From a virus (taxonomy: Duplodnaviria > Caudoviricetes), in IMG/VR virus record IMGVR_UViG_3300037631_001546, positions 1-32,345 of that record: a DNA stretch of 32,345 bases. The stretch is one strand, 5' to 3'. The translations under genes were made by a program, and so were the position numbers. Positions 1 to 8,112 of this stretch are shown here, one piece after another. The number at the start of each line of letters is the position of its first letter. The first letter of the stretch is position 1. The notes beneath the pieces are model-generated. The model was not told where the DNA came from. It did not search any database and saw nothing but the letters and a program-made list of their open reading frames with translations.

Positions 1-219
1 GCATTTGATGAGGAAGGCGAATGCACAGATTTATCGCCGATGTATTCGGTTGATATGTTATTAAACGAAGAGGTTGAAAGTTTAGAGGATTATGAGGTTT
101 ATCCAGACCCAGTTGGCGTCCATACATTCGCTGGAGATAGTGCCTTATATTTAAAAGCTTACTGCATTAAATACCCAGAGAGTGAATTTTGTGTAGTGCC
201 AGAAACTGAAGAGGAATAA
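1..219 (+). CDS. 5'-truncated small acidic protein, tail-fibre-associated hypothetical
   Basis: Frame 1 is open from base 1 (AFDEEGECTDLSPMYSVDMLL...VYPDPVGVHTFAG...ETEEE) to TAA 217-219, abutting the ATG at 220. Not in the ORF track. Confidence 0.75.
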   Translation, partial: AFDEEGECTDLSPMYSVDMLLNEEVESLEDYEVYPDPVGVHTFAGDSALYLKAYCIKYPESEFCVVPETEEE

Positions 220-1983
220 ATGAGTGTAATATCAAAAGCAAGTTTAGTATTAATACCGAGTGGCTACGGAGAGGATATACTCTATTCAGAAGTGCCGAAT
301 ACTACTGCTGGAGATTTCACATTTACAAGGGCTTCGAGTGGCACAAGGGTAAACGCTGACGGATATATAGAAGATGTCCCTTGGAATGAACTTACTTATT
401 CAGAGGATTTTTCAAACTCTTCTTGGGTAAAATCTAATGTTACAATAGGAACTTCAATACATACAAGCCCATTAGGTAATTCGCAAAAGGTTATAGGGAG
501 TAACGATACTTTACTAAAGCTACTTTTTAAAAATAACATAATAACTCCTACAAAAACTATTTCAGCTTTGGTAAAGGCAGAGGGTTATAATTACGCAATT
601 ATTTTTACTGGAGGTGGAGCAAGGGTAGTTTTTGATTTATTAAATGGAGTTGTAGGGCATTCGATTGGAACTTTTCAAGATGCTTCCATAAATTCACAAG
701 GTGACGGATGGTACATTATTTCTATGTCAAATCCAAACCACACAAGCTATGCGAGTGTTACTGGTGCTGCATCTGATAGTGTTTACGATAGAACTGGCAA
801 TGGTATAGACGGAATTTCTTTGGCATATATACAAGTAAACAAAGGCACATCACCAAAAACCTACATAAAAACAACGGACAGACTTGACGTCCCTCGATTG
901 GATTATAGTGGTGGAGCAAGCTGCCCTACTTTATTACTTGAAGGACAGTCAACAAACGAAATTACATATTCAGAAATTTTCACGGAAAGCGGATATTATT
1001 TATGGAACTATTCTACTAATGCTTTGGAAGTGGCTGAGTCTAATTCAATAATTTCACCAGATGGAACACAAAATGCTGATAAAATTGCAAAAACTGCATT
1101 AAGGGTATATGCTACCGCATTTAGAAATGTAACATTAATTTCAGCCCAAAATTATTCTTGGTCTATGTTTATGAAGAAAGGAACTCACGATATAGGTTTT
1201 TTGTCACTTCAAAACGGAGATACTGAATATAAAGCATATTACGACTTAACTAATGGCACAAGCGGAATGTTAAGCGGAAGTGCAACTCACAAAATAGAAG
1301 ACTATGGTAATGGTTGGTTTAGATGTTCTCTGCAAGATATTAGCTCTACAACTGATTTGTCTGTAAGATTTAATTTTGGAATGGCTTATAGCACATCTAA
1401 TGAATATTGGTCTTCATCAAGTGAGGGCGAAGGGTTGTATGCTTACTTTTGGGGAGCTCAACTTGAGCAAGGCAATTTAACAAGTTACATCCCAACAAAC
1501 GGAACGAGTGTTACGAGGGTGGGAGATGTTTGTGATGATGCTGGGGATGCAAGTATTTTTAATTCAAGCGAGGGGGTGTTGTTTGCGGAAATCGCAACTT
1601 TTATAAAAAATCCTCCTTTGTCTGTATTGGGGTTATCTGATGGAAGTGGAACTAACAGAATTAGTTTTCAAACAAACGGAGTTGATAATCAAATACTATT
1701 CAGAGTTGATGCGAGTGGCACACAAGCAAATTTTACCTACACTTTTTCTGATATAACAGACTTTAATAAGATAGCTTTAAAATATAAACAAGATGATTTT
1801 TCTTTTTGGGTAAACGGAGTTAAGGTGGGAACTGACACAGTTGGTAATGTACCTATTAATATTGATACTTTGGATTTTTATTATGGAAACGGACCATTCA
1901 AGTTCTACGGAAAATGTAAACAACTTATAACTTTTAACGAAGCACTAACAGACTCAGAACTTGAAGAATTAACAACGATATGA
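220..1983 (+). CDS. Tail fibre/spike-like virion protein with duplicated beta-sandwich module and C-terminal LamG/ConA-like domain
   Basis: 587 aa, rich in S/T/G/N. Motifs FTFTRASSGTRVN and PRLDYSGG..CPTLLLE; internal repeat NELTYSEDF/NEITYSEIF, GDGWY/GNGWF, YIKT/YIPT; ends FNEALTDSELEELT, typical of LamG-like folds. Confidence 0.7.
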   Translation: MSVISKASLVLIPSGYGEDILYSEVPNTTAGDFTFTRASSGTRVNADGYIEDVPWNELTYSEDFSNSSWVKSNVTIGTSIHTSPLGNSQKVIGSNDTLLKLLFKNNIITPTKTISALVKAEGYNYAIIFTGGGARVVFDLLNGVVGHSIGTFQDASINSQGDGWYIISMSNPNHTSYASVTGAASDSVYDRTGNGIDGISLAYIQVNKGTSPKTYIKTTDRLDVPRLDYSGGASCPTLLLEGQSTNEITYSEIFTESGYYLWNYSTNALEVAESNSIISPDGTQNADKIAKTALRVYATAFRNVTLISAQNYSWSMFMKKGTHDIGFLSLQNGDTEYKAYYDLTNGTSGMLSGSATHKIEDYGNGWFRCSLQDISSTTDLSVRFNFGMAYSTSNEYWSSSSEGEGLYAYFWGAQLEQGNLTSYIPTNGTSVTRVGDVCDDAGDASIFNSSEGVLFAEIATFIKNPPLSVLGLSDGSGTNRISFQTNGVDNQILFRVDASGTQANFTYTFSDITDFNKIALKYKQDDFSFWVNGVKVGTDTVGNVPINIDTLDFYYGNGPFKFYGKCKQLITFNEALTDSELEELTTI

Positions 1984-2399
1984 AAATATATTTGAGCAGC
2001 ATATTATATTCTATACTTTTATTCTTTGCTCCTATAAAGGGGATTATATTACTTGTTGCATTATCTACCATTTTAGATACTGGATTTGGTATCTGGAAAG
2101 CTAAGAACTTAGGCGAGAAATTATCAAGCAAAGCATTCAGATCTGGTTTAGTACCAAAGTTAATATCGTATGTCGGTGCAGTAATGATGATTTATGGCTC
2201 AGATGTATTTATTATCAACTCGCTTATATCTAATCTTGTAGATGTGGAGTTTATGGCTACAAAGGTTATTGCATTAACGCTAATAATTAATGAAGCAAAA
2301 TCAATAGACGAAAGTTTTGAAGCAGTTAAGGGCTATTCTATGATTGCTAAGATGTTAGAAATTATCAACAATCTGAAAAAAGTTAAAAAACAACTATAA
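1980..2399 (+). CDS. Holin (phage holin 4-like)
   Basis: 139 aa with about 3 hydrophobic segments, LDTGFGIWKA...SSKAFR and EAKSIDE motifs, basic C-terminus; lies upstream of the endolysin. Confidence 0.75.
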   Translation: MKIYLSSILYSILLFFAPIKGIILLVALSTILDTGFGIWKAKNLGEKLSSKAFRSGLVPKLISYVGAVMMIYGSDVFIINSLISNLVDVEFMATKVIALTLIINEAKSIDESFEAVKGYSMIAKMLEIINNLKKVKKQL

Positions 2400-2552
2400 T
2401 TGAATTACGAGATATACATAACTGGACATTATCCACACGACAGACTTGCATTAGGTTGGGAGTATGTGAGTGCTGATGAGGAATTCAGCTATAATACCAT
2501 AACTTTGTATATGTTCATATTCACAATAACAATCAATTATGAAAAAAAATAG
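2400..2552 (+). CDS. Small hypothetical protein (50 aa) between holin and endolysin
   Basis: TTG directly after the holin stop; MNYEIYITGHYPHDRLALGWEYVSADEEFSYNTITLYMFIFTITINYEKK*; fills the gap and overlaps the endolysin start. Below the ORF-track length cutoff. Confidence 0.65.
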   Translation: MNYEIYITGHYPHDRLALGWEYVSADEEFSYNTITLYMFIFTITINYEKK

Positions 2553-2940
2553 TAAACAAAAAAGCGTAAAGATTCCAAGCTCTAAACATTTTAAGTTAGA
2601 AGAGTTTGCTTGTAATGATGGAACACCAGTACCAGAGGAATTTTATAGCAATGTACAAGAGTTGATGAATAACTTAGAAGTAATTAGAGAACATTTCGGA
2701 AACTTTGCTATCAAGATAAATAGCGGTTATAGAACACCAGCGTATAATAAATCAGTAGGTGGAGCTAAAAAGAGCCAACATTTAACTGCAAGTGCTGCTG
2801 ACTTTAGAATGAATATAACTCCAAGAATTGTTCAAGATGCAGTAGAACAACTACAAAAAGACGGAAAGATTAAAGAGGGTGGATTAGGTAGATACCCAAC
2901 TTTCACTCATTACGATATAGGCGAATACAGAAGCTGGTAA
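2539..2940 (+). CDS. Endolysin, peptidase M15A (YcbK-like Zn peptidase)
   Basis: HFKLEEFAC, SGYRTPAYN, SQH-x6-D (SQHLTASAAD) and FTHYD Zn-ligand motifs. Confidence 0.9.
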   Translation: MKKNSKQKSVKIPSSKHFKLEEFACNDGTPVPEEFYSNVQELMNNLEVIREHFGNFAIKINSGYRTPAYNKSVGGAKKSQHLTASAADFRMNITPRIVQDAVEQLQKDGKIKEGGLGRYPTFTHYDIGEYRSW

Positions 2941-3329
2941 TGTGGAATGAAGAGCAATTATTTGACTGGTTAAAGGAGTTTGTTTACTTTGACTTAGTTA
3001 AGGCAAAAAATCAAATGAGCCGATGGGATTGTTACTCTCCTAAGTTTAGACATCGTATTGAGCTTAAATGCAGAAGGAAGCATTATGATAGCTTACTAAT
3101 TGAAAAGAGTAAATATGATGCTATGATATTTGAAGCTGGTAAGCATTTAGATATACCTATGTACATTAACTCTACTCCAGAGGGTATTTATTCATTTGAC
3201 TTGTTAGAAATAGAGCCAGAATGGATATTTAAAAGCCTAAGAGCTACTACTCAATTTGCCAATAATAAAAACGTATTAAAGAAAATAGCTTTTTTAGATA
3301 TTGATAATGCTATAAAATTAGAGCTTTAA
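2940..3329 (+). CDS. PD-(D/E)XK nuclease-like hypothetical protein
   Basis: WDC...IELKCR (D...ExK) and LLIEKSKYD; stop codon overlaps that of the convergent gene. Confidence 0.55.
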   Translation: MWNEEQLFDWLKEFVYFDLVKAKNQMSRWDCYSPKFRHRIELKCRRKHYDSLLIEKSKYDAMIFEAGKHLDIPMYINSTPEGIYSFDLLEIEPEWIFKSLRATTQFANNKNVLKKIAFLDIDNAIKLEL

Positions 3330-3646
3330 AAGTTTTTGTCATAATTCTTACGTTCTACTTCGAGTTTAAAGAAGTGGAAAGACGACAATCCATTTATATG
3401 CGAATCAGTAGGAAAAAAATACTTCCAACCCTTAGAATAACCTTTAGGAATATAATAAAAAAAAGCTGCTGCTAATTTACCAGTATCTTTCTTAAATACT
3501 ACTGAGGCAGTATGGTCTGACATTGGTATTATTTCATCTATTGCAAATGTTTCATTATTATAATTCCCTTCTCTATTGTGATTAGAAAATCTTTTTGCAA
3601 TTATCTCAGCTTGTTCTTTTAATTCTATTGCTATTTGTTTGTTCAT
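3326..3646 (-). CDS. Hypothetical protein
   Basis: 106 aa, last gene of the leftward operon, 4-nt overlap with the upstream gene. Confidence 0.7.
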   Translation of the reverse strand: MNKQIAIELKEQAEIIAKRFSNHNREGNYNNETFAIDEIIPMSDHTASVVFKKDTGKLAAAFFYYIPKGYSKGWKYFFPTDSHINGLSSFHFFKLEVERKNYDKNF

Positions 3647-4023
3647 AATATTGCTTGTAAAACTATTATTCCGAGCATAACTAAACCTATCTTTCTGTTA
3701 CGTTTAATTTTATGCTCTTGTATTTTTGATATGGTCAACAAGTCATTATTATCCTCTTCAATGCCATTTATATACGTTTTAAGCGAGTTTATATCTTTTT
3801 TAGTGTTATCTATTAGCTCGATATATTTAAGCTCTTTAAAATGGCTTATTTGTGATTGAGCCATTAAGCTATCTTTTTGTATTAGCTCAGTATAGATTCT
3901 ATCCATTTGAGGATAAGTTATGCAAATAAGGGTATCTCCTTTATTATCTGTTAATTCTATCTGCGAATAAGCGAATACGTTCGCTACGAGGCAAAATATG
4001 GTAATTACTTGTCTTGCGTTCAT
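3643..4023 (-). CDS. Exported coiled-coil protein with C-terminal TM (spanin-like candidate)
   Basis: Signal peptide ending AYS|Q, heptad-like middle, KRNRK followed by a hydrophobic C-terminal helix. Confidence 0.55.
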   Translation of the reverse strand: MNARQVITIFCLVANVFAYSQIELTDNKGDTLICITYPQMDRIYTELIQKDSLMAQSQISHFKELKYIELIDNTKKDINSLKTYINGIEEDNNDLLTISKIQEHKIKRNRKIGLVMLGIIVLQAIL

Positions 4024-4219
4024 AATATAATTTAATAGTATCTGATTTTAATTGTAGTGTATCTATCTCGTTAAGCAGTCCGTCAATATCGGTTAGCTTT
4101 GGTTGTTCGATAATCGTTTCTATTGTTTCCAGTTTGCCGCGTTTAGAAAGCAAATCTGTTATTATAACGATTTGAACTATAATAGTAATAATTGCGTAGA
4201 TTAAAATGTGTTTATTCAT
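3944..4219 (-). CDS. N-terminally anchored membrane protein (i-spanin-like candidate)
   Basis: MNKH plus a long hydrophobic stretch, then a helical segment; 80-nt overlap with the next gene. Confidence 0.55.
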   Translation of the reverse strand: MNKHILIYAIITIIVQIVIITDLLSKRGKLETIETIIEQPKLTDIDGLLNEIDTLQLKSDTIKLYYERKTSNYHILPRSERIRLFADRINR

Positions 4220-4614
4220 AATTGTTGTTTGACTTTGTGCCAGTATTTAAGTGTTGATTGTTTCTTATATCCATTCCAACCGCCATTCCAATTTCTGGCT
4301 AACTTTTCATTGGTTGGGTTTGTGGTGTTTTGTTTAATTACGTTAAACATTTCTATGGATTTTACTTTATTCCACCTATCAGACAACTGATATTTGTTAT
4401 ATCCTAAAAGCCTATTAACCTCTCGGAGCATTATAGGTCTAATTTGTAAACACCCTACTGCATCCTCTGAGATATTATGTGCTTTTATATCTCCTCTGCT
4501 TTCAACGTAAATTATAGCGTCTATTAAATTGTTTTTAGGAATACTCCTAACTACTCCCATTGAGGAAGTAGTCAGAAATAAACCAACATTTAACACAATT
4601 AAAATTAATTTCAT
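4216..4614 (-). CDS. Lysozyme-fold muralytic enzyme (SLT/i-type-like) with N-terminal signal/anchor
   Basis: LIDAIIYVES (catalytic Glu), GCLQI, ARNWNGG, T.KYW.KV; hydrophobic N-terminus. Confidence 0.75.
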   Translation of the reverse strand: MKLILIVLNVGLFLTTSSMGVVRSIPKNNLIDAIIYVESRGDIKAHNISEDAVGCLQIRPIMLREVNRLLGYNKYQLSDRWNKVKSIEMFNVIKQNTTNPTNEKLARNWNGGWNGYKKQSTLKYWHKVKQQL

Positions 4615-4883
4615 TTGTATCCTAATTTAGCTTTAACTATATCGGCTTTTATGCCTTTACGCTTTGCCCATTCTTTGCCCCTTAGCTCTTCGTAATCTTG
4701 TTGAATTTTACGAGATGCTCTGGTAATTGTTAAAACATTTTTGTAATACTCAGCGATAATCATAGCAGACAATACGTTAACGCCGTAAGCATTTTGTAAG
4801 GCTCGTCTAATCAGTTTTTTAGGGTTATCTCTCATTTCTGGGTTTGTAGTCAATAATTGCTTTACTTCTTTTGTGATGTTCAT
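4611..4883 (-). CDS. Hypothetical basic protein
   Basis: 90 aa with 4-nt overlaps on both sides; PEMRDN and ITRASRKIQ motifs. Confidence 0.65.
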   Translation of the reverse strand: MNITKEVKQLLTTNPEMRDNPKKLIRRALQNAYGVNVLSAMIIAEYYKNVLTITRASRKIQQDYEELRGKEWAKRKGIKADIVKAKLGYK

Positions 4884-5479
4884 AAGTTTGTTTTTATAAA
4901 TTCGTTTAATCTGGTGTAATCTTTCTTAAATTGTTTATCATATTGCATTAAGTCAGCAGCTTGTTGTATTGAGTGTATGACTGTTGAGTGGTCTCTGCCT
5001 CCTAAAGCAGCTCCAATAGTTTTTAGAGAGCTATTAGGCATATTATCTCTGGCAATATAGCAAAACATTTGCCTACATATAACCTTTTCTCGATGCCTTT
5101 TAACTCCTTGTATCTCTCTTTGGGGTATATTGTAGTATTTAGATATACAATTTAGCAACTTATCAAAGGTTAATCTACCCTTTAAGAAACTATCGCTTTG
5201 CCATCCTCCTAACTTTTCAATCCCAGCAGCCGAATAATAAGAGGGCTTATCTTGCTTAGGGTAATATTTATACTTAATATCTCCATATTCGTCTTTTATA
5301 GCTACTTGTTCTATCTGACCCATTTTAACAAGGTCAGTTATCTTTCTATTTGCCTCTACCATACCGACCTTTCTGCACAATCCTAAGATAGTATTAAGGT
5401 GGGTGTACCCTTTTTTAAGCGTATTGCGAATAAATAGGTAATCTTGATTTTCTGTTTTATAGTGTTTTACTAATTTCAT
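4880..5479 (-). CDS. DNA-binding protein with C-terminal DnaA domain IV (Bac_DnaA_C) HTH
   Basis: RQMFCYIAR...SLKTIGAALGGRDHSTVIHS matches the DnaA domain IV signature; no AAA+ domain. Confidence 0.85.
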   Translation of the reverse strand: MKLVKHYKTENQDYLFIRNTLKKGYTHLNTILGLCRKVGMVEANRKITDLVKMGQIEQVAIKDEYGDIKYKYYPKQDKPSYYSAAGIEKLGGWQSDSFLKGRLTFDKLLNCISKYYNIPQREIQGVKRHREKVICRQMFCYIARDNMPNSSLKTIGAALGGRDHSTVIHSIQQAADLMQYDKQFKKDYTRLNEFIKTNL

Positions 5480-6068
5480 TGATATATTCTCTTGATTGTT
5501 CTACTTTTAATTGCATCTCTTGCATAACATCCTCATCATATTCTATATCAAAGGTCTTTATACGATACTTACTATTTATTTCTGTATAGTCGTGGCTCTC
5601 CTCAAAGGTTAATTCCTCTGGTGTGTTCATTAAAACATACACTAATTGAGCTTTATGCTTACCAGTTAGGTGCATATACGTTTGGAGCTGATAATAATAG
5701 TCTTTATTTGGTATGCCATTATAGAATAGGGGGAAGCTAAAGCAGTCCCAACTTGATTTTATATCTATAATCTTATCCTCAAGTATAACATCTGGAGTAC
5801 CACAGAAATAATCATCTTCAAAATACTCTTCGTTTTTCTCAGCGAATAACCAACCTTTCTCAGCAGAGGCATAATTAATCGCATCATCCTCAACTTCATT
5901 ACCTTTGGTTAGGTATTTAGATTGGATGTTTTTACGCACTCCGTATATCTGCTCCTTTGTCCATTCCTCTAAATATGATTTAGTAGTTTTAGACAATACC
6001 TCGCTTTTTGAACGAGGCTTTGTCATTAGCTTACCACTACTGGAAGCTCTTGCTTTAAATAATTTCAT
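5457..6068 (-). CDS. YqaJ/lambda-exonuclease family recombination nuclease
   Basis: RASS, KGNEVE, GTPD, IDIKS and YYYQLQTYM motifs; adjacent to ERF. Confidence 0.85.
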   Translation of the reverse strand: MKLFKARASSSGKLMTKPRSKSEVLSKTTKSYLEEWTKEQIYGVRKNIQSKYLTKGNEVEDDAINYASAEKGWLFAEKNEEYFEDDYFCGTPDVILEDKIIDIKSSWDCFSFPLFYNGIPNKDYYYQLQTYMHLTGKHKAQLVYVLMNTPEELTFEESHDYTEINSKYRIKTFDIEYDEDVMQEMQLKVEQSREYINEISKTL

Positions 6069-6559
6069 TTGAATGGATATAATTCTGCGTTAATTCTACT
6101 AATTGAATAGTGCTTTTTTAGCTCTGTAAGGGTTACTCCTTTGTCTACTGCTGCACTCCAAATCTTATCGTCTTTGTTTACCCATTGTTTCTGGCTCTTT
6201 GTAGCTTGACTGGCTGAGTTAGCATCGTCATCCTCAGCTTGTAATCCTAAAAGCGATTGTAGGGTATATCTTCGGTAGTAGGTTATGGCACTTCCGAGCT
6301 TCTGTGGGTCATCCATTTGAGGTAATGGTATCGAACTGGTAACGCTTTCTCCAGATTCAATATCTACTATCTCAGAAAATACCTCTCCTTTAACAATAGG
6401 TTGGAGTAATAGCAGTCCATTCTTTTGCAGTAATGGTTCAACGTGCTTTAGTAGCGAGTTGATATCAAAATACTTTGATTTAAAGAAGGGGTTTGTTGAG
6501 TCTTTAGAAATAGCTCCTATCTCTTTTTTGACTTCGTTTAGTTTTGTGTATAAATTCAT
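6065..6559 (-). CDS. erf: ERF-family single-strand annealing protein
   Basis: NPFFKSKY and QKLGSAITYYRRYTL..LGL..EDDDA signature. Confidence 0.9.
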   Translation of the reverse strand: MNLYTKLNEVKKEIGAISKDSTNPFFKSKYFDINSLLKHVEPLLQKNGLLLLQPIVKGEVFSEIVDIESGESVTSSIPLPQMDDPQKLGSAITYYRRYTLQSLLGLQAEDDDANSASQATKSQKQWVNKDDKIWSAAVDKGVTLTELKKHYSISRINAELYPFK

Positions 6560-6563
6560 ATTA

Positions 6564-6571
6564 CAAATATA
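6564..6571 (-). promoter_or_regulatory. Bacteroidota -7 promoter element, 4 nt upstream of the ERF start
   Basis: Minus strand reads TATATTTG-TAAT-ATG (consensus TAnnTTTG). Confidence 0.6.
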
Positions 6572-6666
6572 ATTAAAATGTTCTTATAATGTTTATTTAG
6601 TTAAATTTTTTCTTGTTAATGTTGTCCTTTGTTTTGTGTGAACAATAGTTTTATTGTTTTTATTAT

Positions 6667-6699
6667 AAAGCCCTCCAGACCAAGAGGGCTTTTTCTTTT
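6667..6699. terminator. Intrinsic terminator hairpin, possibly bidirectional
   Basis: AAAGCCCTC-cagaccaa-GAGGGCTTT 9-bp stem just after the 6698 stop; T-tract is longer on the + strand. Confidence 0.7.
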
Positions 6700-6952
6700 A
6701 TAATTGTCTTAGGTCTTGATAATAATCTAATAATGAGTAGTGCATTTGTTTAGCGTTATTTACTGCTACTCGCATCAAGTCGGTAACGCAGTTTTGATTA
6801 TTCAGATTAACCTTTCTTTTTCCCTCTATAACGCTATTTAAAGTGTGTATAGATATTTGGTGTTTACTGGCTACTAATTTACGCTGCTCTACACTTGTGC
6901 AAGACTTTAAAATGTCTTTAAGCTCTGTCGATATTGTTTTTGTATATTTCAT
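6698..6952 (-). CDS. HTH (XRE-like) DNA-binding protein
   Basis: QRKLVASKHQISIHTLNSVIEGKR helix-turn-helix pattern. Confidence 0.6.
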   Translation of the reverse strand: MKYTKTISTELKDILKSCTSVEQRKLVASKHQISIHTLNSVIEGKRKVNLNNQNCVTDLMRVAVNNAKQMHYSLLDYYQDLRQL

Positions 6953-7130
6953 ATTGTTTTAATTTAAAAATAATTTCGGTTAATTTTTTTGCTTTATTTA
7001 GGCACATCAAGCTAATTGATTTATCATCCTCGTCATCGTTCATCCACTCTTTAGCTTTTTGCTCCATTAATTCTTTTTCTTTTTTTAGTATATAGGTTAT
7101 CTCCCATATATCGTATTTATCTAACTTCAT
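6918..7130 (-). CDS. Hypothetical protein (70 aa)
   Basis: Likely start is MKLDKYDIW at 7130 (ATGA overlap, A-rich upstream) rather than 7226. Confidence 0.6.
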   Translation of the reverse strand: MKLDKYDIWEITYILKKEKELMEQKAKEWMNDDEDDKSISLMCLNKAKKLTEIIFKLKQYEIYKNNIDRA

Positions 7131-7276
7131 TTTCTTGTTTTTATATAGGTTAATTCTAAGGCTGCAAATAATCCAATAAGGAATAATATTGATGCTGCTC
7201 TTGGTTCTTCTACTGCACAACACCATAAAGATAATGGCATAAATGCTGATAATACTTTTAAAATTGGTTCTTTCAT
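7127..7276 (-). CDS. Small membrane protein (49 aa)
   Basis: MKEPILKVL...SILFLIGLFAALEL; two hydrophobic segments; ATGA overlaps at both ends. Confidence 0.6.
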   Translation of the reverse strand: MKEPILKVLSAFMPLSLWCCAVEEPRAASILFLIGLFAALELTYIKTRK

Positions 7277-7626
7277 ATTATACAAATAAATTCTTTTAAA
7301 CTTTTTACATTTTCTATATGATAACAATCATTTAATAATTCTTGACCTAAAATATAAACATACATATTTACTAATTTTTCAGCATTGTTATACCTTTGGC
7401 ACTCACCGAAATTTCTTTCTTCATACTCTTGGCATTCTGCTATAGCTTCAAAAACATTAATGTTATGTTCTTTTAACCATTGTTCGGCTTGGTAATAACC
7501 TATAATGTAATAGTCTTGATTAAAACATAAATGATGCCATTCATCTCTATTATCATTTGTTAACACTCCGTCATCAATCTTATCTAAGATGTGACTTGCT
7601 AATTCTTTTTTAATTGTTTCTTTCAT
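7273..7626 (-). CDS. Acidic early protein, Ocr-like DNA-mimic candidate
   Basis: 117 aa, about 22 D/E versus 11 K/R; HH.CFNQDYYIIGYYQAEQWL...EYE..NFGE...EKLVNMYVYILG; first gene after the best-matching host promoter. Confidence 0.5.
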   Translation of the reverse strand: MKETIKKELASHILDKIDDGVLTNDNRDEWHHLCFNQDYYIIGYYQAEQWLKEHNINVFEAIAECQEYEERNFGECQRYNNAEKLVNMYVYILGQELLNDCYHIENVKSLKEFICII

Positions 7627-7654
7627 TTTGTTATTGTGTTTGTTTTGTTTTAAA

Positions 7655-7737
7655 AATAAAAGGGAGGTTTGGTTTCCGAAGCTGCTGCTTTCTCTGTAGG
7701 TCGGATTGCTTGGCTAATACTCTTTTACCCTTTTATT
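7655..7737 (-). ncRNA. Candidate structured leader / small RNA
   Basis: Perfect 10-bp inverted repeat (7655-7664 / 7728-7737) enclosing a TCCGA/TCGGA pair; GC-richer than its flanks; begins at the predicted TSS. Confidence 0.4.
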
Positions 7738-7743
7738 GTATTG

Positions 7744-7776
7744 CAAATATATACAAAATATTAAATACCAAACAAA
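7744..7776 (-). promoter_or_regulatory. Host-type early promoter (-33/-7)
   Basis: TTTG-N21-TATATTTG on the minus strand with an upstream A-tract. Confidence 0.75.
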
Positions 7777-7781
7777 TTTTT

Positions 7782-8108
7782 TTAAAAAACTTTTATTTTG
7801 ACAGAATCCTCTAACCCTTTATCGCTTGTAATTAGTATGCTCTTTACTATTTTATAGCTATCATTCTCAAAGATTATATCTTCAATCATTTTAACCATTG
7901 CAACACAATTAGAAGCATCTAATGCTCTTGATTTAAATGTAAAGTGATATTCTGTGTTATAAGTATTTGTCTTTGGCAGCGTTTTATTAAACTGGCTTTT
8001 TACTATTAGCGTATAATTATCTTTTATTTTCTTACGCTTAGTCCAATGCATCCCAGCGTACCATTTATTTAGTGAAATTTTAGGTAGGTCTTTTAATATT
8101 ATTTCCAT
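7782..8108 (-). CDS. RusA-like Holliday junction resolvase
   Basis: P..SLN..Y, LDASN, KMIED, ENDS pattern of RusA-like endonucleases. Confidence 0.65.
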   Translation of the reverse strand: MEIILKDLPKISLNKWYAGMHWTKRKKIKDNYTLIVKSQFNKTLPKTNTYNTEYHFTFKSRALDASNCVAMVKMIEDIIFENDSYKIVKSILITSDKGLEDSVKIKVF

Positions 8109-8112
8109 ATTA

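Noticed and set aside
2429-2437. Perfect DnaA box TTATCCACA
   Set aside because: Single copy inside a probable coding frame, with no cluster near the origin or promoters; compatible with chance.
7655-7737. Possible tRNA or c-di-GMP riboswitch
   Set aside because: No cloverleaf or T-loop, and no convincing c-di-GMP-I consensus; kept only as an unassigned structured RNA.
7614-7814. 66-aa plus-strand ORF across the early leader
   Set aside because: Antisense to the promoter and operon, implausible Cys/Phe-rich composition; better explained as non-coding structure.
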